From the NCBI GenBank assembly GCA_963702475.1, contig CAVPCT010000002.1:350009-414008 (forward strand): DNA of 64,000 bases, written 5' to 3'. The translations under genes and the position numbers were made by a program. Below are positions 55,769-64,000 of this stretch, in pieces. How positions within the stretch are numbered: position 1 is the stretch's first letter; each line of letters begins with the position of its first letter. The notes beneath the pieces were generated by a model. That model worked only from the letters and a program-made list of their open reading frames with translations. It was not told the DNA's origin and ran no database searches. The DNA is from an uncultured Thermoleophilia bacterium. Its GTDB lineage: Bacteria; Actinomycetota; Thermoleophilia; UBA2241.

Positions 55769-57386
55769 ATGGCTGATACGCAGGCCCGGAGGGCGACGCG
55801 CCGCACGCTGTTCGAGGTCGAGCAGGAGAAGCGCTGGCGCATCTGGGCGCTGTTCGGCCTCCTCCTCGTGCTGGCGTTCGTGAGCGCGTGGGTCGGCTGC
55901 CTCATCGTCACCGGCGTGCTCTACCTCATGCTGCCCGAGCCCGCCATCGTGGGCTGGCTCTTCACGCCCGGCGGCGTGGCGCTGGTCCTCGGCGCGTCTC
56001 TCGCCTGCTCCCTCGTGTACTGGGGTCTCTCCCGCATCGGCGCCCGCTGACCGGCTGCTGCGCGCCATGCACTGCCGCCCGCTCGACCCCGGAGACAGGT
56101 ACCACGACCGGCTGGCCAACATCGTCGAGGAGATGCGCATCGCCACCGGCGCTCCGCGCATCGAGTGCGTCACCGTGCGCACCGTGGGGCTCAACGCCTT
56201 CGCGTTCAGCGACCTGCACGGCGCGGGAGTGATCGGCGTGACGGAGGGGGCGCTCGCGCGGCTCTCCCGCCAGCAGCTCCAGGCGGTGGTGGCCCACGAG
56301 TTCGCGCACGTCCTCTCCGGCAGCTACGTCACGGTCACCGTCTCGTGCCTGCTGTTCGGCATCTACTCGTCGCTCGTGGAGCGCATCGACGACGCCGCGG
56401 ACGTGACCTCGGACACGGATGCGGCCGGGTCGGCGCTGGTGGCCATGGTGCCGCTGCGCGGCTGGCTGTGGCTGATGCAGCTGGCGGCGTCGGTCGTGAA
56501 CGCCGCCATCAGCCGCCAGCGCGAGTGGCAGGCGGACCTCGCCGCGGCGCGCTACACGCGGGACCCGCTGGCGCTGGCGGAGGCGCTCCGGGTGGTCTCG
56601 AGGCACCCCGGCGGCGCCGGGTACATCCCGGAGGGCCTGGGGCCGCTGTGCATCAGGGCCACCGGGAGCCTCGGCTGGCCGGCCGTGGCGTGGCGCGACA
56701 CGCACCCGCCGCTCGAGGCTCGCATCCGCACGCTCCTGGGCATCGCCCACGTCTCTCCGGCCGAGTTCGAGCGGCAGGCGGCGGAGGCCGGCGAGCACTT
56801 CGAGCGCCGGGAGCACTGGGCGCCGGCGCCGGCGCCCGCGGTGAAGCCGGCGCCGCTCGTCCCGACCTCGCCCGTCGCGGCGCCGCTCGCCGCTGCGGCT
56901 GCGCCGCTCGTCGCGCCGCTCGGGGCGCAGCTCGCCGAGCAACTCGCGGCGCCGCGCAGGCCCGCCGAGGCCGCGCCGGCGCCCGCCGGCATGACCTGCC
57001 CGGCTTGCGGCGCCGGACTGGTGCGCATCCCCTACGAGGGCATCGACATCGTCGCCTGTGCCGGCTGCGGCGGCCGGCTGGTCAGCACGGCGCAGGTGGG
57101 CAAGCTGCTCGCGCGCCGGGAGGCCGGCTTCTCCGAGGAGCAGCAGCGGATCGCCGATCTCGTCACGGCGTCCGGCGACCACCTGCGCCGCGCCGCCGTA
57201 CTGGCGCGCGGCCACTCCGGCACGGCCCTCGTCCCGTGCCCCGGGTGCGAGGCGCCGATGATGCGCCGCCACTACAGCTACGAGCACGCTGTGGAGATCG
57301 ACCACTGCGTGCGCTGCGACCTCCTGTGGTTCGAGAAGGACGAGCTGGAGGCTCTGCAGATCCTCGTGGAGCGCCAGGCGGGCTGA
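55769..57386 (+). CDS. M48 (HtpX-like) Zn metalloprotease fused to two TFIIB-type Zn ribbons; frameshift near 56045
   Basis: Two TM helices, NIVEEMRIA, LNAFA, VAHEFAH (HExxH), SRQREWQAD, THPP; CPAC...CAGC and CPGC...CVRCDLLWFEKDEL. Confidence 0.85.
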
Positions 57387-57554
57387 GCGGCACGCCGGGC
57401 CGACCGGCAGGCGGGCGGCTCCGGCCTCCTGCGCGGGAGACAGGCGCGGCGGTGTCCTCTACACTGAGGCATCGCACCCGGCGGGGTGGTGGCGCGTCTC
57501 CACGTCGTCGCGCTTCCGCCGGCGCGGCCTTCGCCTGCCACGGCTCACGACTTG

Positions 57555-59408
57555 ATGAACGACCAGCACCGCGACCCAGACGCCGCCAGCGTGCCGACCC
57601 TGCTCGCCGGCCGCTACCGCATCCTCTCCCCGCTCGGGAGCGGGGGGATGGCCGACGTGTACCTCGCCGAGGACGAGCGGCTGGGGCGCAAGGTCGCGGT
57701 CAAGGTGCTCAAGGCGCGGCTGGCCGCCGACGACGAGTTCGTCGAGCGGTTCCGTATCGAGGCGCGGGCCGCGGCCAGCCTCAACCACTCCAGCATCGTC
57801 GCCGTGTACGACCGCGGCACCGCGGACGGAGCGGACGGCGGGGACGGCGCCACCTACATCGCCATGGAGTACGTCGCCGGCGAGTCGCTCAAGCAGCGGC
57901 TGCGCCGCGACGGGGCGCTGCCGCCCGACGAGGCGGTGCCGATCGCGCTCGCCGTCCTCTCGGCGCTGGGCGCCGCGCACGAGCGGCGCATCGTCCACCG
58001 CGACGTCACCTCCTACAACGTCATGCTGGCGGAGGACGGGCGCGTGGTGGTCACCGACTTCGGCATCGCGCGCATGGGCGACTCCGCGCTCACGCGGACC
58101 GGCGCCATGATGGGGACCTCGTCGTACCTCTCGCCGGAGCAGGCGCAGGGCAGGCCGGCGGACGAGCGCTCGGACCTCTACAGCCTCGGCGTGGTGCTCT
58201 ACGAGATGCTCACCGGGCGCGTGCCGTTCAAGGGCGAGACCGACGTGGCCGTCGCCATGCAGCACGTGCAGGCGGCGCCGCCCAACCCGCGCACGCTCAC
58301 TCCGGCGGTCTCGGAGGCGCTCGCCGGTGCGGTGATGCGCGCCCTCAGCAAGGATCCGGCCGACAGGTTCCAGGATGCCGACGAGTTCGCCGCGGCGCTG
58401 CGCAAGGCGCGGCGGCCGGCGCGGAACGGCCGCGGCGTGAGCGTCGCGGTCGGCGACGGCGCCGGCCACGGCACGCTCGCGGCCGCCGGCGTGGCCGCCG
58501 GCGTGGCCGCGGCGAGTGCGGCCGGCGTGGCCGCGGGAGCGGCGGCCGGACCGGCCGTGTTCGCGACGAGCGCGCCGGTCGTGCCGGAGGCGCCGGTGCC
58601 GGCTCCTCCCGCGCCTCCCGCGCCGGACCTGGAGCCGCTGGTCACCGTGGTCGCAGCCGAGGCCCCCACGCGCTACCGGGCCGCCGAGCCGGCGACCACC
58701 GTGCGTCCGAGGCCCCGCCGCCGGGTCCGCAAGTACCTGCTGATCGCGCTGCTTATCGCGGTCGCTCTGGCCGCGGCCTGGGTGGCGTACATCACCTGGC
58801 TCGCCCCGGGGACGACGGTGCCCAAGGTCGTCGGCGACCGCCGGTCCGACGCCGTGCAGGCGCTTCGCGACGACGGTCTGCGGCCGGAGATCCACTACGT
58901 CTGGGCGGACCGGTACGACGCCGGCCAGGTCGCCCGCCAGGCGCCGCGCGGCGGCGCCAGGGTCGAGGACGGCGTCAAGGTCGACCTCTGGGTGAGCCGC
59001 GGGCCCCTGCATCTGCCTGCGCCCGGCCTCGCCGGTCTCACGGCCACGGCGGCGAAGGACGCGCTGGAGCGGGAGTCGCTCGCGTACAAGAGCCACCGCT
59101 CCGCCTCCGAGGAGGTCCCCAAAGGACAGGTGATCCGGCAGAAGCCGGCCGCCGGCCAGAGGGTGGAGCGCGGTGACACGGTGACGTTCTGGGTGAGCAG
59201 CGGGCCGCCCAAGGTGGATGTGCCCGACGTCGTCGGCCTCTCCCAGGGCGACGCCCAGGCCACGCTCGAGGACGCCGGCTTCGTGGTGAGCGTGGACTAC
59301 GTCGCCGGGTGGGGAGTGTTCCCGGGTGACGTGGTGGCTCAGGACCCGCTCGCCGGCACCAGGGGACGGGCCGGCGACGAGATCGTGATCCAGGTGGCCA
59401 TCTTCTGA
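57555..59408 (+). CDS. PknB/Stk1-type Ser/Thr kinase with TM helix and three PASTA domains
   Basis: LGSGGMADVY, VAVK, HRDVTSYN, DFGIAR, YLSPEQ, VPKVVG and VPDVVG PASTA starts. Confidence 0.9.
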   Translation: MNDQHRDPDAASVPTLLAGRYRILSPLGSGGMADVYLAEDERLGRKVAVKVLKARLAADDEFVERFRIEARAAASLNHSSIVAVYDRGTADGADGGDGATYIAMEYVAGESLKQRLRRDGALPPDEAVPIALAVLSALGAAHERRIVHRDVTSYNVMLAEDGRVVVTDFGIARMGDSALTRTGAMMGTSSYLSPEQAQGRPADERSDLYSLGVVLYEMLTGRVPFKGETDVAVAMQHVQAAPPNPRTLTPAVSEALAGAVMRALSKDPADRFQDADEFAAALRKARRPARNGRGVSVAVGDGAGHGTLAAAGVAAGVAAASAAGVAAGAAAGPAVFATSAPVVPEAPVPAPPAPPAPDLEPLVTVVAAEAPTRYRAAEPATTVRPRPRRRVRKYLLIALLIAVALAAAWVAYITWLAPGTTVPKVVGDRRSDAVQALRDDGLRPEIHYVWADRYDAGQVARQAPRGGARVEDGVKVDLWVSRGPLHLPAPGLAGLTATAAKDALERESLAYKSHRSASEEVPKGQVIRQKPAAGQRVERGDTVTFWVSSGPPKVDVPDVVGLSQGDAQATLEDAGFVVSVDYVAGWGVFPGDVVAQDPLAGTRGRAGDEIVIQVAIF

Positions 59409-59410
59409 GC

Positions 59411-59848
59411 ATGGACGTCGTGCTGCAGGTACTCGGCGTCGCCGCGATCGCCGTCGTGGAGCTGTGGGCCGCCGTGCCGGCCGGTCTGGCCATGGGGCTG
59501 CCGGCGCCACTCGTGTGGGCCGCAACCCTGGCCGGCGCCTTCCTCAGCATCGTGGTCGTGGTGGCGGCGGGAGACCGACTACGGACGTGGCTGGTGGAGC
59601 GCTTCGGCCACGGCGGCGCGCGGGAGGGAAGCCGCCTGCGACGGCTCTGGGACCGCTACGGCGTGATCGGCTGGGGGCTGCTCGCGCCGCTGCTGCTCGG
59701 CGCTCCGCTGGCGGCGGCCATCGGCGTCGCCCTCGGTGCGGGGCGGCGGCGTCTCGTGCTCTGGCTCGGCGCCGGGGCCGCGATCTGGACGACCGTGCTC
59801 ACGCTGGCCGTCGCGCTGGGCGCCGACGCCGTGACGACCTGGCTCTGA
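59411..59848 (+). CDS. Small multidrug-export family membrane protein
   Basis: ELWAAVPAGLAMG, WDRYGVIGWGLLAP; four hydrophobic segments. Confidence 0.75.
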   Translation: MDVVLQVLGVAAIAVVELWAAVPAGLAMGLPAPLVWAATLAGAFLSIVVVVAAGDRLRTWLVERFGHGGAREGSRLRRLWDRYGVIGWGLLAPLLLGAPLAAAIGVALGAGRRRLVLWLGAGAAIWTTVLTLAVALGADAVTTWL

Positions 59849-59932
59849 CCGCGGCCGGCGTTCCGTGCGCGAGCCGGCCGGGTCGGTCAGGTCGCAGGGC
59901 TCAGTCGTGCGGCCGGGCCGCGTGCGCGGTCC

Positions 59933-61549
59933 TCAGAACTGCAGTCGCTCCCAGGGGGGCTCGTACACGGTGAGCGCATGGTCGGTATCGTCGTGCGTCA
60001 CTCGCACCTTGTAGCGGCCGGGAGGGATCTTCATGGTGCCGGTGACGAATGTCGACGCGCCCGCGGACCTGTCCGCCGCCTTGGCGCGCGCGCCCGCCTG
60101 GACGCGGTACGAGCCGTCTCGCTGTCGCTTCAGGAGCTGCACGCGGGCGACGCTCGAGCCTGCCCGATGCCGCGGCAGGATGGTGCCTGTGATGCGAACG
60201 TACCTGACGGCGCCCGTGAGATGCGTGGCATGGAACTCGACGCCGCGGATCGAGGCGCCGACCTCGACGTCGAGCACCGGGCTCGCGACCGGGACGTACC
60301 TGTCATCCCCCCTGAACACGACCCGGAACGTGGCCTTGCGCAAGAGGTGCTCCAGCTTCAGGGAGCCGGTAGTGTCGGAGACGTCCGCCGAGACAGAGGT
60401 CTTGAAGGCGCGTCCGTTCCGCCAGTCGTATTTCCAGACGAGTGCAGCGGGGATGAAGGAGTCGTCGGCCTGCAGCTCACAGAAGACCGAGGTCGAACCG
60501 TTGTAGGAGACCGTGGCGTGGTCCGGGTCGTTCACCCTGAGGTAGGGCGTGCGGAAGCCGGCGAAGTAGATGTCGGTGTCGCCGGCCCGTTCGTCCTGCC
60601 AGGCGATGCGTCCGTACTCCGCGCTGTGCCAGGCCACCGGCGTTTGCTGTGCGGACGAATGGTCCGTGAAGCGCTTCTCGACGCCGGCCACGAGATGAGT
60701 GCCGTAGATGTCGGCCGTACCGTTGCGCCCGTCCTGGTAGACGATCCAGTCGCCCGAGATCGCCGGGACGGTCTGGGCGTAGGGGTTGGTGGTGATCCGC
60801 CGCTCCTCACCGGTCGCGAGCGAGTACAAGTAGATGTCCGGATCGCCGTTGCGGCCGTCCACGTAGGCGACGCGGCGTCCTTCCACGCAGGGTGAGGTCT
60901 GAGCCGACCGGTTGGTCGTGACGTGCTTCGGCGTCGTGCGGCCCAGCGTCGTGACGACGACGTCCCAGTTGCCGGCGCCGTTGTCGGCCCAGGCGACGAC
61001 CGATCCCTCGATGGCAGGGTCGACCTGGAGGGCGGAGCCCTTGGCCAGGAGTGCGGACGTCTTCTTGACGAGATCGAAGACGCGGATGTCCGAGCCGCCC
61101 CCCTGTCTGTCCTCGAACACGACTCTCGCTCCGCTCACAGCGGGATCGAGCTGGTCGGCACTCCCCGTGCTGACACGGACCTCCAGCCCGGTGCTGGTGT
61201 TGTAGGCGTAGATGTCCCAGTTGCCGTTGCGGGCGTCCTCATAGGCGATCCATGGCGAGTCAGGGGAGACCGAGGGTCGCCGCTGGTCGCCAGCTGGAGC
61301 CGGGATGGCTGCGGCGGGCAGACCGTAGCTCCCGGTGTCCAGGTAGACGTCCCAGTCTCCGCCGCGGTCGTCCTCCCATGCGAGGCCGGACTGCCCGTGG
61401 CTGGGGGCCCGCTGTGCGGCGGTGGTGCCGGCGGTGACGAGCTGCTCGACGACCCAGGCGGGCGTCGCGCCGGCGACGGCGACAGCCGTCAGGGCGACGA
61501 CCAGCAGGGATGTGGCGAGGACCGAGACTTGGAGGAGTTGTCGCCGCAT
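59933..61549 (-). CDS. Secreted TolB-like beta-propeller surface protein with C-terminal beta-sandwich domains
   Basis: Signal peptide; about 7 repeats of (W/Y/F)xDxRxGxxD(I/V)Y. Confidence 0.82.
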   Translation of the reverse strand: MRRQLLQVSVLATSLLVVALTAVAVAGATPAWVVEQLVTAGTTAAQRAPSHGQSGLAWEDDRGGDWDVYLDTGSYGLPAAAIPAPAGDQRRPSVSPDSPWIAYEDARNGNWDIYAYNTSTGLEVRVSTGSADQLDPAVSGARVVFEDRQGGGSDIRVFDLVKKTSALLAKGSALQVDPAIEGSVVAWADNGAGNWDVVVTTLGRTTPKHVTTNRSAQTSPCVEGRRVAYVDGRNGDPDIYLYSLATGEERRITTNPYAQTVPAISGDWIVYQDGRNGTADIYGTHLVAGVEKRFTDHSSAQQTPVAWHSAEYGRIAWQDERAGDTDIYFAGFRTPYLRVNDPDHATVSYNGSTSVFCELQADDSFIPAALVWKYDWRNGRAFKTSVSADVSDTTGSLKLEHLLRKATFRVVFRGDDRYVPVASPVLDVEVGASIRGVEFHATHLTGAVRYVRITGTILPRHRAGSSVARVQLLKRQRDGSYRVQAGARAKAADRSAGASTFVTGTMKIPPGRYKVRVTHDDTDHALTVYEPPWERLQF

Positions 61550-61627
61550 GGATGCCCCCGTTCTCGTTTGTCGGCGCGCCCTCCTGCACCGGGTCCGTGA
61601 GGATGATAGCAGTCAGTCAGGCGCGGC

Positions 61628-64000
61628 TCAGCCCGTCCGGCCGGGCCGCGTGCGCGGCTCGACGGCCGGGAGCTCCCACGCGTCCGCCCGGCGGGTGGTG
61701 AGGCCGCCGGGGACGTTGGGGTCGGGTGGCCTTCCGGGGCCGCCGGGGATGAGACTCTCGCCGGCGGCCGGGCCGGCTGTGGTGAGCGCAGCCTGGAGAC
61801 CGGCCGTAGCCGGCGCGCCCTGCGCCGTCCGTCCGTGGTCCGCACCCCGCTTGCGCGCCTCGGTGCGGCCGATGGCCCGCAGCAGGTCGCTGACCCGGTG
61901 CGCCACCACCGCGAGCCCGTGCTCCTCGTCGTTCTGCAGCTCGCCCTCGACCAGCAGGTACACCGCGTCCTTGAGCACCCGCCCGTACTTGAGATAGACG
62001 TCGTTGAAGACCACCACCTGGCCGAGCTCGGTCTCGTCCTCGAGCGTGAGGAACATGGTGCGGTGGCCGCTGCGGATCCAGGGCATCTGGGCGCGCTCGA
62101 GCACGCCGGCGAGGCGCACCCGGCGGCCGTGACGGAGCTCGGGGAGCCGCGCCATGGGCGTGACCCCGAGCGCCTTGATCTGGTCGCGCACGAAGCGCAA
62201 CGGGTGGGCGCCGACGTTGAGGCCGAGCAGCTCGAGCTCGACGGCGGCGCGCCGCTCGGCCGGCCAGTCCGGCAGGAAGCCGAGCGGGGCGAACTGCTCG
62301 TCGAGCGCGAGGCGCGGCTGGTCGAGGCCGGAGCCGGCGCCGCCGGCGAGCGGGGCGGGGCCGGGCGCCGCCCGCCCCGCCGGCCGTGCGCCGGCGTACA
62401 GCAGCGGCGTCTGCGCGATCAGCTCCTCGCGGCGCACGCCGAGCGCGTCGAAGGCGCCGAGCCGCGCGAGGTTCTCGGTGATCTCGCGGCTGACCCGCGT
62501 GCGCGCGACGAAGTCGGAGAGTGAGGTGAACGGCCGCGGCGGCCCGCCCTCGGGCCGCGGCCCTTTGCCCGGCCGGTCGCCGCGTGCCTCGACGATGGCG
62601 CGGCGCGCCACCGCGCTCATCTCCTTGACGTAGGCCAGCCCCACGCGCAGCGCCGTGCCGTCCCGCTCGACCTCGAACCACTCGCCGCTCAGGTTGACGT
62701 CGAGCGGCAGCACCGCGAGGCCGAAGCGCCGCGCGTCGTTGAGCACCACGCGCGGCGAGTAGAAGCCCATGGGCTGGTTGTTGAGGATGCCGGCGTAGAA
62801 CTCGGCCGGGTAGTGCGCCTTGAGCCAGGCTGAGGCGTTGCAGACGATGGCGAAGCAGGCGGCGTGCGCCTTGTTGAAGCCGTAGGCGGCGAACCCGCGG
62901 AGCTGGCGGAAGACCTCGTCGGCCACCTCCTGCGAGGCGCCGCGAGCCATCGCCTTCTCCACGAAGTTGCGGCCGATGGCGTCCATCTCCTCCATGGAGC
63001 GCTCGTGGGTCATGGTGCGGCGCAGCAGGTCGGCCTCGGCGAGGCTGAAGCCGGCGACCGCCGAGGCCACCTCGATGACCTGCTCCTGGTAGACGATGAC
63101 CCCGTAGGTGCGCCGCAGGATGCGCTCCATGGCGGGGTGCGGCACGACGACCGGCTCCCTGCCGTGCCGCCGCCGGACGAACGGCGCGATCATGTCGGCC
63201 TGCAGCGGCCCCGGGCGGAAGAGCGAGATGGCCGCGATGACGTCCTCGAAGTCGCGCTCCTGCAGCCGCGTGGCGAGGTTGCGCTGCCCCGAGCTCTCGA
63301 GCTGGAACAGCCCGACGGTGCGCGCCGAGCGGATGAGCTCGTACACCTTGGGGTCGTCGCGCGGGAGCTCCCAGGCGCTGACGCGCTCGCCGGTGCGCGC
63401 CTCGATGCGGCGCACCGCCTCGGCGATGGCCGAGTGCATCTTGAGCGCGAGGATGTCCATCTTGACGAGGCCCAGCGTCTCGACGTCGTCCTTGTCGAAC
63501 TGCGCGACCACCACGCCCTTGGCCGCCCACTGCAGCGGCACGCGGTCGGTGAGCGGGTCGCGCGAGAGGATGAACCCGCCCAGGTGCGTGCCGAGGTGGG
63601 CGGGGAACCCGGACAGCCGCTCGGCGACGTCGACCAGACGCCGGTAGTGCGGCTGCTGGAACTCGTGGTCGGCGAGCTCGGGGCGCTCGGCGAGCATCTC
63701 CCCGAGCTTGGACGCGCTGCCCCACGGCACGCGCCGGGAGAGGCTGTTGATCTCGTCCGGCGTGAACCCGAACGCGCGGCTGACGATGCGCACCGCCGAC
63801 GGCGCGCGCACGGTGTTGACGGTGGCCACCATGGCGACCCTGTCGTGGCCGAAGCGCTCGTAGATGTACTGGATGACCTCGTCGCGGCGCGCCGAGCAGA
63901 AGTCGATGTCCACGTCCGGCATGCCGCGGCGGTGCGGGTTGAGGAAGCGCTCGAAGAGCAGCTCGTTGGCGATGGGGTCGGCGTCGGTGATGCGCAGCAC
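61628..64000 (-). CDS. dnaE2: DNA polymerase III alpha subunit, error-prone DnaE2 type; 5' part outside the window
   Basis: LLFERFL, PDVDIDF, HLGTHLGG, KMDILAL, YGFNKAH, NNQPMGFYSP, C-terminal OB fold (FLTLEDETE). Confidence 0.85.
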   Translation of the reverse strand: MLRITDADPIANELLFERFLNPHRRGMPDVDIDFCSARRDEVIQYIYERFGHDRVAMVATVNTVRAPSAVRIVSRAFGFTPDEINSLSRRVPWGSASKLGEMLAERPELADHEFQQPHYRRLVDVAERLSGFPAHLGTHLGGFILSRDPLTDRVPLQWAAKGVVVAQFDKDDVETLGLVKMDILALKMHSAIAEAVRRIEARTGERVSAWELPRDDPKVYELIRSARTVGLFQLESSGQRNLATRLQERDFEDVIAAISLFRPGPLQADMIAPFVRRRHGREPVVVPHPAMERILRRTYGVIVYQEQVIEVASAVAGFSLAEADLLRRTMTHERSMEEMDAIGRNFVEKAMARGASQEVADEVFRQLRGFAAYGFNKAHAACFAIVCNASAWLKAHYPAEFYAGILNNQPMGFYSPRVVLNDARRFGLAVLPLDVNLSGEWFEVERDGTALRVGLAYVKEMSAVARRAIVEARGDRPGKGPRPEGGPPRPFTSLSDFVARTRVSREITENLARLGAFDALGVRREELIAQTPLLYAGARPAGRAAPGPAPLAGGAGSGLDQPRLALDEQFAPLGFLPDWPAERRAAVELELLGLNVGAHPLRFVRDQIKALGVTPMARLPELRHGRRVRLAGVLERAQMPWIRSGHRTMFLTLEDETELGQVVVFNDVYLKYGRVLKDAVYLLVEGELQNDEEHGLAVVAHRVSDLLRAIGRTEARKRGADHGRTAQGAPATAGLQAALTTAGPAAGESLIPGGPGRPPDPNVPGGLTTRRADAWELPAVEPRTRPGRTG

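Overview
High-GC bacterial window, probably Actinomycetota and possibly Thermoleophilia (inferred from gene order and regulator boxes). Many genes carry single-base frameshifts that look like long-read assembly errors. It opens with the housekeeping block rne-rplU-rpmA-obgE. Directly after obgE is a ~27-kb co-oriented catabolic cluster (about 3.9-30.6 kb). This cluster encodes three pyrogallol-transhydroxylase-type molybdoenzyme large subunits with only one Fe-S small subunit, a phloroglucinol-reductase-like SDR, a 3-hydroxyacyl-CoA dehydrogenase-family enzyme, a cupin, a BKACE/DUF849 enzyme, two 6-oxocamphor-hydrolase-like beta-diketone hydrolases, an ADP-forming acyl-CoA synthetase, an atypical amidohydrolase, an aminopeptidase-T/NicX-fold protein, a lactonase, a PhlAB-like HMGS-DUF35 fusion plus PhlC-like thiolase, a MarR regulator and a TRAP transporter. 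Five sigma70-type promoters in the cluster are each followed by the same operator (AACTTCGTATACGAACTC-nn-ATACG), one of them in front of marR. The best reading is a MarR-controlled anaerobic polyhydroxybenzene/polyphenol degradation regulon with unusual enzyme content. The rest holds transporters, a His-rich mini-protein, an orphan Nif11-type precursor peptide, a Zur-ZnuACB operon with Zur box, CopA with a CsoR-type box, a cupredoxin-repeat cluster, a REC-MshEN-GspE/PilB fusion, accC, a candidate C-loop multi-hairpin sRNA, an HtpX-Zn-ribbon fusion, a PASTA kinase, a beta-propeller surface protein and a partial DnaE2. Family assignments come from motif recognition and recalled sequences; no database searches were run.
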